Below are positions 11,757 through 25,135 of a DNA stretch of 64,000 nucleotides, one piece after another. The stretch lies in the NCBI GenBank assembly GCA_964106645.2, contig OZ067044.1; one strand, given 5' to 3'. A program made the position numbers and the translations under genes. The DNA is from Podarcis pityusensis. Lineage: Eukaryota. Every line of letters begins with the position of its first letter. Position 1 is the first letter of the stretch. The notes below the pieces were generated by a model. It was not told the origin of the DNA and ran no database searches. It saw only the letters and a list, made by a program, of their open reading frames with translations.

Positions 11757-13721
11757 TATTTTGAAACAAAAGGGGAGGATGCTTCTTTCAAAAACTGTTT
11801 TGCCAGAAAATATTTTTTGTTGGTTTACTTATTTCCCACTGTCTAGCAAAATTAAGATATGTGATACGTGTGTATCGCAAATGAGTTCCCTTCTGTTTGG
11901 TAGGATTCTGGTTAGTTGCAATTCATGTAATGTTGAGATTACATAAATGTAGGGAGCTTGAGACTAACTTGAATTAGAACTGAACATATTCCTTAGAATT
12001 GTAGGCAGTAGCATTATGATAGTGCAGTAGGGTTGTCCGCAGTGATCCCTGCCTGGTTTTCAGTTTCTGTCATCTTCCCTCTCTCTCTCACCCCCCTCCT
12101 CTTTCTTCTCTGCACTTCATTTAAAAAAATCTGCAAGAATTGCACAGCTTTCCTGAACTTTTCTATTTCTATTTTATTTTATTTAAATATATATTTAAGT
12201 GTTATTCTTTTACAGCTCCGAAAGATATGTATTAAATCTGCCTTAATTCCCTTGTACCTCCAGCAATGCATGTTTCAGCCAAAAAAATTGCTAATTGTGT
12301 GTGGCGTACCATTGGAATATTGTTTTAGGTTTGTTCTCCTTCAGTTCCCTTTTTCTTTTAAAAAGCTCTTTATTTGTAAAGCCTTCTTTGAGCTATTCAC
12401 ACACGATTTTTCAAAACCAAAACCTAACATAAGCATAAACGTGAACAGTATCAAAAGCAAAATAATTAGAGTGTATACGTAAAATGAGCAGAACACAAGA
12501 TCTAGAGCAATGAAAGTTACAGTCATACTTGCAAAGAAAGCGAGTGCTAGAGAAGTGACAAATAAGGCATGATACACGGAACACCTCTGAATGTGAACTA
12601 TAGAGCCATGTCGCGAGGCAGAACTTGCAAGGCTTTAATGTGCATGTATCATTTTATATTTCTGGGAGTTTGCTGCTGATCTAGCAAGGCTCCTGTCATA
12701 CTAATTAGACCCCAAATAAGCAGAAAGGCCTTTGCTGCAGCTCTGCCCACGATAGCTTTAATTTGGTACATAAGCTTCTTGAACCTGAGAATATCCCACA
12801 CTTTGTGAAATCACTGGACGAATAATAATAATAATGGTTAGTCACTTTTTTCCACAGAATTTAGGGTGTGCATGAGGAGTTCCAGTTTTTAGGTATAAAT
12901 ACGGAAGGGTGGATGTTTACTTAGATATCACCCTATTGATGTTAACTTTCCTGCGTTAATTGTTCCTTATGTGATAATGGAAAACTTACATGATGCACAA
13001 TTTACTTCATTTTGCATTTTTAGATTTCTCACTACTATAGTTTTGTGACTAAATCTGAGTCGCGAACAAAGACAGTACTCCAGAACTATGCAAAATGGGT
13101 CGGATTTCTTTCCAAAGTCATTTTTTGTAGCAGATGAACATGAAGTTGCACGTTTTGCTTGGATACACACTGAAAGTGTCTCAACTCAGCACAGACCTGC
13201 ACTAAATATCTAATCTAGTGCCAACACACTTTCATGTCTGATTGACAGATGTGTGTATCTGCTCAGCATCTTGCTAGACAGAACAAAAGAAGTATGGTTT
13301 CTAGGTGAATATGTGCCTAGCTAACTGGTATGATTGCTACGAAACGTAATTATTCATTTCCTGTACCGTGTGCCTTTAATAATTAGCAACACAAGGAAAG
13401 GGACAGTTCCAGAGTTAACACCCATTCGTGGGTTTCAAATTTGAAGTAACTTGAATTGTTCAAAAGCCTTGAAGCAAAATACCACACACACCCTCCCAAA
13501 AGGTGACCATATTTTGTCTACAAGGCAGGTTTAGAAATATTTTTTCCAGGGGAATTAGTGCCTATCATGGTTCTAATCTAGAGGTAAGTATATGGTTAGT
13601 AACTTTCAATGCAAGATTAGCAAACTATATTAGTGTGTAACCAGAATAAATAAACTGGACAATATTTCATGGTTAATTTTCTAAATTGCTTTCATTTTTA
13701 TTACTTGACTTCATTTTTACC

Positions 13722-13885
13722 TCGGGCCCAAATCAAACTGCTGTTTTTGACCTGTGAAGCCTTAAACAGCTCAGGACCACAATATCTCATGGTCTACCTC
13801 TTCCCATATGAACCGACCCAAACCCTGCAATCATCATGTGAGGCCCTTTCTTGCATGCCTCCTCTATGAGATGTCTGGAGGGTGG
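13722..13885 (+). mobile_element. L2-type LINE fragment
   Basis: Translation RAQIKLLFLTCEALNSSGPQYL...PYEPTQTLQSS. Confidence 0.7.
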
Positions 13886-14598
13886 TGATGTTTAGAAAGA
13901 TGCTGGATGCAGATAGTGAGAGTCATAGGCCTGGCCTAGGTTCACTCTCCAAACTGACTCCTATTCTGGATGAAGAATATTTCATAGAGGTCTGGTGGCA
14001 GAGAAATAACTCTGTGATACAGCTCAGGAAATGTTTTTTTCAGACAGAAGTCTTAAGGCCCTATGTAATATAGAGATCAAACGCCCTCAAGATGAGCAGG
14101 TTGATGACATTTCATTGGCAGCCTGTGACATCTAAAAGCTGAACATTGCAGAACCTAATTAGTCTGAACATAATTAGTTATAAGAGGTACCTGACAGAGC
14201 ATCAAATCAGTGCAAAAGATCTTTGGTTGGATTTAGGACCCCTTTGAGGGGTTGGGGATAGAATGAAGAAAATTGCATCTGGTGCATTGCAAATGAATGA
14301 TGCCAAACTTAATTATTAAAGAAGAAACATGAGATCAAGCACAGAGAAATGAGCGTGTGTCTCAGTCTTTATGGTTGGAGCACAGCTGTCCTGGACAAAA
14401 TCTTGACTTTGGTGTGGTAGCATCAAGAGTGACATCAAGAAATGATGGAGATGCAGAGGATACATGAGGAAAGAACACAGCAGCTGCAGGAAAAAGAGGG
14501 GGGAAATGACACTGGGAGTTTGGGTTTGCTCATCTGGAAGAGTCAGAGATGAAGAGAGATTTTGAGAGTTGTTGAAAAGCAAAGCAAATGGAAGAAAA

Positions 14599-15110
14599 AT
14601 GGAAGAAGCAAAGATTACCAGTGTTGAAGCAATGATTCTTCAACATCAACTTCGTTGGACTGGTCATGTTGTGCGGAGGCCTGATGATTGTCTTCCAAAG
14701 CAACTACTCTATTCCGAACTTAAAAATGGAAAGCGTCATGCTGGTGGTCAACAAAAGAGGTTTAAAGGCTGTCTCAAGGCAAATCTTAAAAAGTGTAGTA
14801 TAAACACTGACAACTGGGAAACATTGGCCTGCGAGTGCTCCAGTTGGAGAACATCTTTTACCAAAGGTGTTAAGGGCTTTGAAGACACTCGAACTCAGGA
14901 CGCAAGGGAGAAATGTGCTAGGAGGAAGGCACGCTTGGCAAATCCACACCATGATCAACCCCCGCCCGGAAACCAATGTCCCCACTGTGGAAGGATGTGT
15001 GGATCCAGGCTTGGCCTCCACAGTCACTTACAGACTCATTGTTAAAACCATGTTTATGGAAGACAATCTTCTTCGGCTATAAGTGATCGCCAAAAAAGAA
15101 GAAGAAGAAG
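14599..15110 (+). mobile_element. RTE-clade LINE, 5'-truncated 3' end
   Basis: Translation QLRWTGHVVRRPDDCLPKQLLYSEL..GKR..GGQQKRFK..LK, C-terminal CPHC..H...H zinc finger, (GAA)n tail. Confidence 0.9.
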
Positions 15111-16569
15111 CAGCAGCAAATGTGAATTGGAATGGCACCAACTGAAAAAGAAGCCAGCAGCCGTGGAGTGGCCAGATTTCCATGTGTCTGTTGATAACAC
15201 TCCAGTCCAGTGGTAGAGATACCTTACTAACGGACCATGAAAGTTTGTGCTGTAGTGATACTGGTGAGTGAAAACATTTCTGCTTTATATGTTGCTGTAA
15301 CTTGCTCCCCAGTGTTGTAGAACAGCACCCTCTGCCCCACAGGGCTAACAAACACCATCTGCCTTGTGGGGGGAAATAAGAGAGCCGGGGCAGAAAAAAA
15401 CCCACCCTCGGACATGGAGCGTTAAAGTGCGGACTTCTGCTTGGAAAAAACAGGGCAAAAGGCAAATGTGTGTATGCCCTAAACTGGATGGATCTTGGTT
15501 GGATGCTGTATGGCAGTTCTTATTTTCTTATACCAGAGATAAGAAACCTGTGGCCCTCCAAATGTTGTTGGACTTCAGCTATCATCCATGATATCATTAG
15601 CCACGCCGGCTAGGACCGGTGGCAGTTGGAGTACAATAGCATTTGAAGGGCCTCACAAAGATCTTACACAATAAAGGAAAAGGAAGGTTTGATTCAGTTT
15701 GGGTTTAATTCAGTTTGACTGCCAGAATGTTATAACTATTCTCCTAAAAGATGTTTCAAGTTCATCCTTAGCAAATATTTGCTTTGTAAAGGCATGTTCA
15801 TCGCATTCTGGTCTCCAGTATGTTGATACTAGCCCATCCTCAAATCACTTCTGAGCATAAGTAGATAATAGGCTTTATAAGCGTATTTGTTTTGTTTGTT
15901 GGTGCTGTATTGGTGTAATCATAAAGTAAGTTTGAACTTTCATGTCCCTTTATCCTCTAGTGATGGACAAACTTAATGAAACAAAGGAATTAATACTAGG
16001 ATAGGCCTATAAATGTGTTTTTAGGGTCACCCTGTATGGATGCTGAGCTCTCAGTTAAATTGGAACATTTGTGTGGGTACACACACATATATGAGTAGTA
16101 TTAATCAGAGTAGAAGGTGGCAGAATACAGTGGATTTTTAATCCTTTTGCTGTTACAGTTATTGTTGATTCACTGTAGTTGTGCCTAGGAAAGCATCTTT
16201 GTCCAGGTCTGATAGACATACAGTATGTATGAGAGTACTGTTTTCCTTTACAGCACAACCAGACACGAAGATATGGTGAATAGGATTGGAGTAAATTTCT
16301 GTTCTGCTGTATGTGTTAATATCTAGGAATCCCACTGTAATCTCTGTTAGAAATTCCATTGTAATCCCTGCCTCCATTGCAACAATCAGTTGCAACATGA
16401 AATTTCAGTGACTGGATTTCCTGTACTATATATGAAATGAAGATGATTGCATAGAACATAAATGTGCCAGCAAGACAGATTTGCATATGGAAGTAGGTCT
16501 TCATGTGCAGCATTATGGTTGTCCATTCGCCTTCTGATATTTGCCCAGGTTTTGTAAGACAGAGTTAGA

Positions 16570-16729
16570 TCAATGGCTAAACTAGCTCAGTACTGTTTAC
16601 ACTGACTGCTAGTGGCTTTTCCAGGATTTCAGATAGGAGTTTTCCCTAGCTTTGGAAATGCCAGGGATTGAACCTGGGACTTTCAACATACAAGGCAGAT
16701 GCACTACCACTGAGCTGTACTCCTTCCCC
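16570..16729 (-). mobile_element. tRNA-derived SINE, degenerate
   Basis: Reverse complement ggggaagga..cagctcagtggtagtgcatctgccttg..gtcccaggttcaatccctggcatttcc (A and B boxes); related body at ~39830-39990. Confidence 0.7.
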
Positions 16730-19700
16730 AATAGCTCTTTAGACATAGCCTAAAAAATATAGCACTTGAAATGGCTAGTAATGTCTTTATGATACGGGTG
16801 GGGATGTACATTCCCATTCTGGACCTCTAGTTGTTATATACATATAGAGGAAGATTGGAGTCAAAGAGAGGTAATCTGTGTAAACAGATTTGGCAAGAAT
16901 TTACCCAAATGAATTTATTTTTTTCACTTAATGGAACATGAGATACTGTACACCACAAGTAAAATATAGCACTACTATTTTGGGATCTTGCAAATGGTAG
17001 ATAAGTGATCTTGTACAGCTGAATTGATGTATTGTATTCTGTACTATTGAAATGAGCCTTATAAATGAGTTTAGGAAAGTTACTAGCTCACATATTTTTA
17101 ATTTTTAATTTTACTAGTCTGTTGAGGGCTGGCCGAGGAGGAAATCTGCTACATTTCTAGTACAGGGGTGTTTGTGTCTTCCATCCTATGCTTGGTTTCT
17201 GTGCTGGATGCAAGGGAGGGATAGAGCAGCCCATCTCTCCTCTGCCAGCCTGCTCACTTGCCTGTATATAATTCCTTGACCTTTATGTCTATGACTACCA
17301 GGTGAGTGGTTAAATACAAAGCTGCCTTAGACCTATATGCAGTATGTAGAGGATTCAAAATTACAATGAAACAATAGGTGATGAATTATAGTTGAAATGA
17401 TACTTGGAGAAAGTGATACAAATGAATAGGGGGAATAATGCCTTGAAAAAACTCTGACCTAACTATTACCCCATGGAGAATGGTAAACTGGTCTGAAATT
17501 TGTAATATATCCCTGTATAATGTTCCTAGATTATCACCTTCATAATGTAAGAAAGAACTATGTTAAAAGTTAATGAAGGAACTCCAGTGGAACTCTATTA
17601 GAATATTTTTCCCGCCATTAAATGACTGGTACAGACTTTTAATGGATGTTTTAACAAGGCTCTGTTATCCAAAGGACTATTGCTCAAATTGAAATCGGGC
17701 ATATAATCAGTGAAGAGAAGCATTTTGGGTGGGAGAATATCAATGAAGTGCAAGTTGGTGGGGGGTGCAACAGTGGGAAAAGGAAAGAAGCAAGGGTTAG
17801 CCTGTATTTGTAATGACAAACGCCACAAGAATGGAGATGTGTAAACATTTCGCACAAAAATTATGGACAAGCTATCTTGAGAATGATAAACACATTACTC
17901 ACACATCTTTAGATACCACTTCAGCTTTCAAAATGAACATGGCAAGGGAGACTTTGTAATCTCCTCTCCCCACTGTTTTGCTACTCTGGGAAATATTTGT
18001 CTTGACTTTTCATCAGACATGCAATTCTAGTGTTACAGGTAAGAATACAGGGAACTGCATCACTATTCTTGCATGACCACTGGGGCTATTGAGTGTGAGG
18101 AAACGGAGGTCAACAGTCTCACTGACCATGCACAAACCTAAACTAGTTCCCTGAATATGGTTATAATCTTTCACTGTCTCATCACCCTCCAGCTGCCCTA
18201 TTCTTTGCAGCAAAATTCATAAGTCCTCACCAGTACCTCTGTGCTTTTCATTTCATTTCTGTTAGAGTCTTTTTATATAGCCCAGTTTGTTTTCTTTTCC
18301 TGTTGATTATTTTAATGTCTTACTTCCACTCCCTTTCCTCCTCATCACTGAAATAAGTATGCTTCTGCTAAAACGGTATTTTCTTCTCTCACCAAAATAA
18401 TATCTTTCTCTTTCCTTCATTATATCCTGCATCTTCCAACCTCATCCTGGCACAGCTGCAGATTTCAGAAGCCTCTTGACAGACTGTCCTTCTTGGGTCC
18501 CCCAAAGTGCTGAATTGCTCCATATCACAGTGCCAGCATTGGCTAAATTCATGAGCATGCATATCTGGCAACCATGGTAGCCTTTAATGGGCCAACCATG
18601 TGGATAAGCAAGAGGGAGGACAATATTGAGGTGGGCACTTGCAGTAGTGCAGCTATTGCAGGGCATAAGTAATAATATTAGCTGGGGACGGGCAACATAT
18701 CAGCCCCACTATGAAAGGTGTTGATACATGGTCTCACATTGCTTCAAGCTTATAGTCATGGGCCATATATTTCCCAGCAATGGCCCATACTTACCCACCA
18801 TTCATTTTCCATTTTGGTAGGTGTTGGTTACTTGCTGGTTATGAATGGCATCATATTGGCCTTAACCCTTTGATAGGCTGATATTTAGCCATATAAAATA
18901 ACCATATATTTGAAAACTTTGGTCGGTTAACACTTGTGATACCTAAGAAACATTTCTGGTTCTATCTAGATATTCTGGGGTGTTCTTCTTTTACGCTGAG
19001 TTATATATTAGCGACCACAGAAATAAGAAAGCCAAAGCCCTTCGCTCTTGGTACTAGTAAAAGCTTCATACTGGGCATAAACTGTTGTTTCTTTTGGAAT
19101 GAGGGAAGGCCAGCTCTTCTCTGAAAGCACTGAACTGGTTTAATTGAAAGAACAATTTGATTTGCTGCTATAGATGCTGCTCCAGTAAAACAGCTTGGAA
19201 TGCTAACAAATTTTTTATTTTCCTCTCCCAAGCCAAGGATTTAGTACTGGCAGGTGAACTTGTGAAGGCTGCTCTCAAATATACAGAGACAATAACTGTC
19301 TTGGAGGTGGAACTTTGTCAATATTTTTTGCCTTGAGCCAAAAAAACATTCAGAATAATGGTGTGCTAAAGTCCTGCTCAAAAATGTATCAGCTAGACAA
19401 AGGGGAATTTATTCCAACTTTAGGACTGTGCTCTTTCTTAGTCATCTGTATGTTGTAGCATCAACTATCAAGACATTTGAGGATGCCTGAAGGCATGTTT
19501 CTAGTTTCCTTTAAGTGTACATAATGCCAACTATGTTTTTGTTCTAAACGGAAACATTGCCAAGTGTTAGATTCAAACTTTAACTTATTACACCCTGAAA
19601 GCTATTTGAAGATACCTCTGTATTTTAAATATTAGCCCAACAAAACCATTTATCATTACTTAACTGGGAAATAAAATATTTATAGGAGCTTGCCATTTAA

Positions 19701-20587
19701 ATACTTCTATGTTCTTATAGCCTCTAGTGAAGACAAAGTGTGATAACAAAATACTGGGATAAATTGGCAATACATGATAATTTTATCATTATAGCAATGA
19801 ATAAAAATGTGAAGACATCATGCACAGCTATAGAACATCGATACCTCCAACCCAGAAATATAGACAAAGGAAATAAATAAAACTATTTACACATGAAAAA
19901 CAGTCTTCACTTCCCCTAATTAGGACTATAAATAGAGCTGAGTGGAATGAAGGTGTTAATGCCTCTCAAAAAGTAGCCCCATTTTTTTTGAAGTGTGTGT
20001 GTGTGTGTGTGTGGATAGATGCATCCCTGTTGTTTCAGCGACTGGACCAAATATTCCCTGTTTTGCTGGGAAGTCACAATGAAACTGCTGCAGCATGGCG
20101 AAATAGAAAGCATTGTTGTAGATGCATAGGAGCGCAGATTCTGCATATCCTCATGATATTACAGTTAGTGGAATGTGTGCTTGAATATACATTCCAGTGC
20201 GCATTCTGACCCAAATGGTGTGGGACTTCAGAGTGAGACCAGGTCAGCTTTGTTTGCTCACCACATGAGTGACATTAGCATATTTAACCATGTGATCTGT
20301 GGTTGTGGTGTGCAAGTCCTATTTCTCTTACCTAAAACCATTTGGACTCTGAGGGTTTTTGTTGAATGTTGGTAAAATGTCATGGTTTCCAATGAACATG
20401 TAACAGGAATGCTTGAAAAGCCCAAGTGAGTGAAGCACCCTAATTTTTCTGCAAGTTTCCCCTGACTTCCTTGAGCAAAATAGGCCTTATGATGGGGAAG
20501 AGTGATGGCTTAAGGCACTTGGGGCAGCTCATTAGCACACAGGAAAGGTTTTGCAAGGCTTCTTCATAGCTTGGAGCATAAGTTCCT

Positions 20588-20740
20588 GCTGGGGCTGGTA
20601 GTTGGTAGAACATGAGACTCTTAATCTTAGGATCATGGGTTCAAGCCCCACGCAGAGAAAAAGGATTCCTGCATTGCATGGGGTTTGGCCTTGATTAGCA
20701 TTGTGGCCCCTTCCAATTCTATGATTCTATAATTCTATGA
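20588..20740 (+). mobile_element. tRNA-Lys-derived SINE with CR1-type tail
   Basis: gttggtagaacatgagactcttaatcttaggatcatgggttcaagccccacg resembles tRNA-Lys(CTT); joined to attcctgcattgca..ccccttcca(attctatg)n. Confidence 0.8.
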
Positions 20741-23700
20741 CCAATGATCAGACTGGGTAGTAGGAGGGATATAGTTCAAGGCCCATTATAAGTCAAATCC
20801 ATCTCTGATTGTTCTGGGCTTAACTGCATTGAGGGTAGATCTTTCAAGCAGGGAACATTTGTTTTTCTAGCTCCTGTTTAAAGTCTTGCTCTATCTCTTA
20901 ATTCCCGTTAGCTAGGATCACATAGTGAAGGAGAAAGTAGAAACACTCTTATTAAGAATGGTGCAGAAAGAGCAGCAGATGAAAGGAAGAATGTTTGTGA
21001 AAATTCTTAGAGATTGTAAACTATAAGAAGCTTCAAAGTGGCATTGGCATATTGTACACCTCCAAAGCAGCAAATCCTTATGTCACCCAAAAAACTGCAT
21101 TAGAAGTGAGTTTTTGATTGTGCAGTGTCACAAACACAATGCTAAGTTGCAGCTGAGGAATATGCAAACAGTATTAGTAGCAGAAAGCAGCTAGGACTGG
21201 TTTTTACGTAGACATGTGCTACTGTAATTACACAATGAGGTACAGTACCTGGAATGCTGATATTTGCCAGTGTCATAGTTGTGGCATATGATAAGAGATA
21301 AAAAGTGTCTACACATAAGAGATAAAAAGTATCTAATTTATAGCAGGAAGTCCATTAATTTAGATATCATGCCAAATTATAGCACAAACCATTGTTTTCA
21401 AAACCACTTCAAACTGATTCTGATTTTCTGGCTGATTGCAAGCAATGGTTTGTTAAGTCACGTATTGTGAAAACCTTAGCTGAGCTTTCTTTCTCAAGTC
21501 CTGCCGCTGTGACCACAGCCATGGTTTGGCTTAGTGTGTTGTCCAAACCCATACACATTTTAAACCGTTAATCAAAGTTTATTCTTAGTTTATAGCTTGT
21601 GGTTTGTCTGAAGGAGACAAACCATAAACCCAGAGTCAATTACACACTAAGCCAAGCATAGTTTAGCTTACTGCAGCACAGCAGCACCAGGACCAGAGGA
21701 GAAGCAAAGCAGCTGAAATGTCTCCTATGGGACTCTGTGTACTCATGCATTCACACTAAGCCATGGTTTGCCCTAGCATTATTTGTGATACATCACAGTG
21801 TTGTAGTTCTCTTTAAACCTGTTGTACAGCACAGTATTTCATTCATTTACTCATTCATTCAAAGCATTTCTATCCTCATCTGGAAGAGCCCCCATTGTGG
21901 CTTAGAAATGAATAGGAATAACACAGCCCCTGTCCTCAGGCTCACAATTAAAAAAAGGCATGGCAGAAAAGGAAAATGGGAGTGGGAGGGAAAGCAGGCT
22001 CTGTCTCCAAATTCTTAATGTTTCAAGTTGCTTACAATGACCAGCTTCAGTGGTAACTGACTGCTGTTCTCATGCCTCTGAGAAATAGCCTGGTGATCCA
22101 GCCTTCTGGATCACCTGAAAGTTGTTTACAAGGTGGGGCCTTTGGGCACCTAGCTAAAATCTGCTGACTTCTTGCCACTCCTGTCCCCTGCCCTGCCAGG
22201 AGATGGCCTTACCTTACATGGCAGCTGGAACTGATGATCTCTGTAAGGGGATGGAGGGATCTAGCCCAGCTAGTAAGAATAGCATTGATTACATGAAAAA
22301 TGTTATCCTGGGGATTTGATTGGGAGTGCTTTCCACTGTGTATTAATTTGTAGGACTAGCATGAAAGAAACCGCCCGTAAGAAGCAGAGATAAAGATAAG
22401 CTGCATCCATACATAATGCTAAACCATGGTTTGTTATCATGATCATGTAATCATGATCTCATGATTCTTCATGCATGGAAATTATAGATTTTATTCCTGC
22501 TTTAGCTGCAAACCAAACATTTGCCATTATGGTTTGCAAATGCACTACAAACCTTGGTTACTGATTCAAGTTTGCTACTGACTTGCAAGTCATAGTTGTC
22601 AGTTCTGATCTCATGAGAAACCATAATTAAGATTCCTTAACCATAGTTTGATGTGATATGTAAACTGTGTCAGCCTCTTTATTTCAGAACATTATAGCTT
22701 TTTTGAATTTAATGGGTAGCCTTAATTTCAGAATGCTGCTTCTCTGTCTTCACAGATCATAAAGTATAGTTTCTTCCAGATTTTTTTTTTTGTCAGATAA
22801 ATTTAGCGGGTTTAGATAGAAAAATACTTTTCTGTTGTTTTTGGCTGCCTATTGCTGGGCCCTGTTTTGGATTGATGTTGATAGTTCTCCTTTCTGACCA
22901 CTTGTTGCTGCTATTATTGTTTATAATAATAAACAGCTGCTACATAGCCAGAAACTTTGAGAAACACAGTGGTGTTTGTATTATCTGGAGGGATGCAAAA
23001 CTTTCGATGGGTTGGAAAGGAAGTTAAGTATCAAAATATCCTGAATTGGGTTTTGAACTCAAACAGTAAAACATAGCATCCATCCATTGATGGAGAGAGA
23101 TAATGGGGAAGGAAGAAGCTAAGATGCTGTGGAATGGTATAGCTTTGTCTTTCCAGTCTGTGTAACAGTGGAGAAGAATCACGCTTCATTCTTTCCCCCA
23201 AGTTCCTGTTAAACATAACCAAACAGATATAATTTTTATGACCGTGGAGACTAGAACCAATTCCTTTAACTTAACAGAACAGGGATTTGCTAATATTTCT
23301 CCAGTTGTGCTTCACAGTCCTTACAAACACAACGCACACAACTCCAGTGAAGATCATTGTGCTTTAAACTCTGCAAATTGGTAAAGCCTTCACGGAAAGT
23401 AACAAGGAGAGTGCTTTGAAAACCTACAAGAAAGTACTTGATCAAAAATATAAAACACAAAATCATGAATCAATGGCAGCGAATTTCAGTTGAAGAATTG
23501 AAACCTAATTCATTCAACTGTGACTGAAAACAAACCATGTTAAATGTTTATTAACTTGTATTTCTGTTATCAGTGGATTTATGTGTAAAGGATAGGGTAG
23601 AGGGGAAGCTAGGGAAATCTTATCCGTCTGAATTATTTGCTTCTAGCCCTTAAATGGTGATGTAAGGGGAGTGTATTTTCCTCTTCCTTTTATGCTTTCC

Positions 23701-23789
23701 CCTCTGCTTTGAATTAGTGTAGCTAAATATATTATGCCATACTATTTACCTCAGTCTGCAGTTTCACTACCTCTGTATGGCTTCCCACT

Positions 23790-24370
23790 CTTAGAATTTT
23801 GCAAATAAATCACTGATCAATGTAGAGAGGCATCACGGCAAGTGTGAAGGCAGAATATTTTTTATGATGCCATAAACTGGATTTATTATTATTTTCTGCA
23901 TGCAACTTTGTACATTTAAAGTTCATCTACATAGTATGGTGTTGTATATGGGTTTCATTTAATTGACGCTAATTAACTACGGGGCTGGGTTTATTTAATA
24001 TTTTTTGTTTTGTAAAATAGTTACAAATCAGTATAGGCTATGCTGCACTGGTCTCCACGATTTCTGAGAAACTATTTTTGTCCAGTATAAAATAATATAT
24101 TATTTACATATTTGTAGAATAAGGATGCACTGTTAGTCTTTTGTTAATTTCCAGGTAATTAAACATTATTGTCTATTTATGAAAGAATTGATGTGATCTG
24201 TTTATAGTATCAAGACTGCATGATACCAAACTATAGTTGCATCCCTAATTAATGTACATAATTGTCATGGTTTTAAGGTGAAAATTAAAAAATGCTGTCA
24301 AATTAATCATCTACTAGGAGTTCATTAATTAGCTAACCTCATATAAATGGGCTGCATTTCGATGACAACT
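23790..24370. promoter_or_regulatory. Candidate intronic enhancer / conserved non-coding element
   Basis: ATAAATCA 23805-23812; CTGTCA 24295-24300 abutting ATTAATCA 24302-24309; several TAATTA palindromes. Confidence 0.45.
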
Positions 24371-24934
24371 AGGAGTGAAAACCTAACTAACTGATGTCAG
24401 TAGGAGCATTTACATTGAATTCAGTGCGATTGGTTCCACGAAATAATTTTATCTATTCTAGAGACTGTATTGGGAAACAGGAGAAATCCTTTTATAGGTT
24501 TAGTGCTTTACAGAGGTTTTTCCAGACAGAAGTCTATCAATATGACCATCTTTAAAATAATAAAACACATTTATTGTTGAACCAAAATACACTGGGTTGT
24601 ATTCAATACTGTATAAGCAGAGTTCTGCTTCCCCTTCCTTCATGCCACCCCAGATGCTTGCCCCACCTTTGGAGCAGATTTTGAGATTTTGAGGAAGATT
24701 TCAAGTAAGATGAGGAGGTAGGGAATTCCATTGGGCAAGTGGACCTCCGTTGTGTGAGCAGAACAGAAGTGTTGGACACAACCCATTTTTAACTCTCCAT
24801 CTGCCAAGGTGAAATGTATAATATCGCCATTGTTTCATGATAATGTGCAGCATATTACAAAATATTTTGCCTCATAACACATTAGCAAAACGTAGTGCTT
24901 TTAAAACTGCAGAATATATAAAGAAACAGAATTT

Positions 24935-25135
24935 ATATGGCACTTGCTTAGCGTTCTAAAATGATTCACATGCATTATCTCATTCATTTATAAAACTCTG
25001 TAAGGAAGCAGAGTGCTATTTCCATAATGCAGATAGGGAGCTGAGACTGAGAGAAAATGATTTGCTTAAGGCCAACTGAGGTGAGAGATGAATGAGGAAT
25101 TTCACATCTCACATTCTTTACCACTGCACTACACC
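24935..25135 (-). mobile_element. MIR/CORE-like SINE remnant; similar remnants at ~3600-3715, ~35285-35390, ~50810-50900
   Basis: attcacatgcattatctcattc..ctctgtaagg..tccataatgcagatagggagctgagactgagaga..tttgcttaaggcca. Confidence 0.5.

Noticed and set aside
12033-12482. 149-aa hydrophobic ORF
   Set aside because: Low-complexity T-rich intronic/repeat sequence, non-ATG start, no family resemblance
14569-15045. 158-aa ORF with a zinc finger as a possible host gene
   Set aside because: It is the C-terminus of an RTE LINE ORF, 5'-truncated with a GAA tail
20595-20655. tRNA-Lys-like sequence as a tRNA gene
   Set aside because: Acceptor stem and D arm are degenerate and it is fused to a CR1 tail, so it is a SINE head
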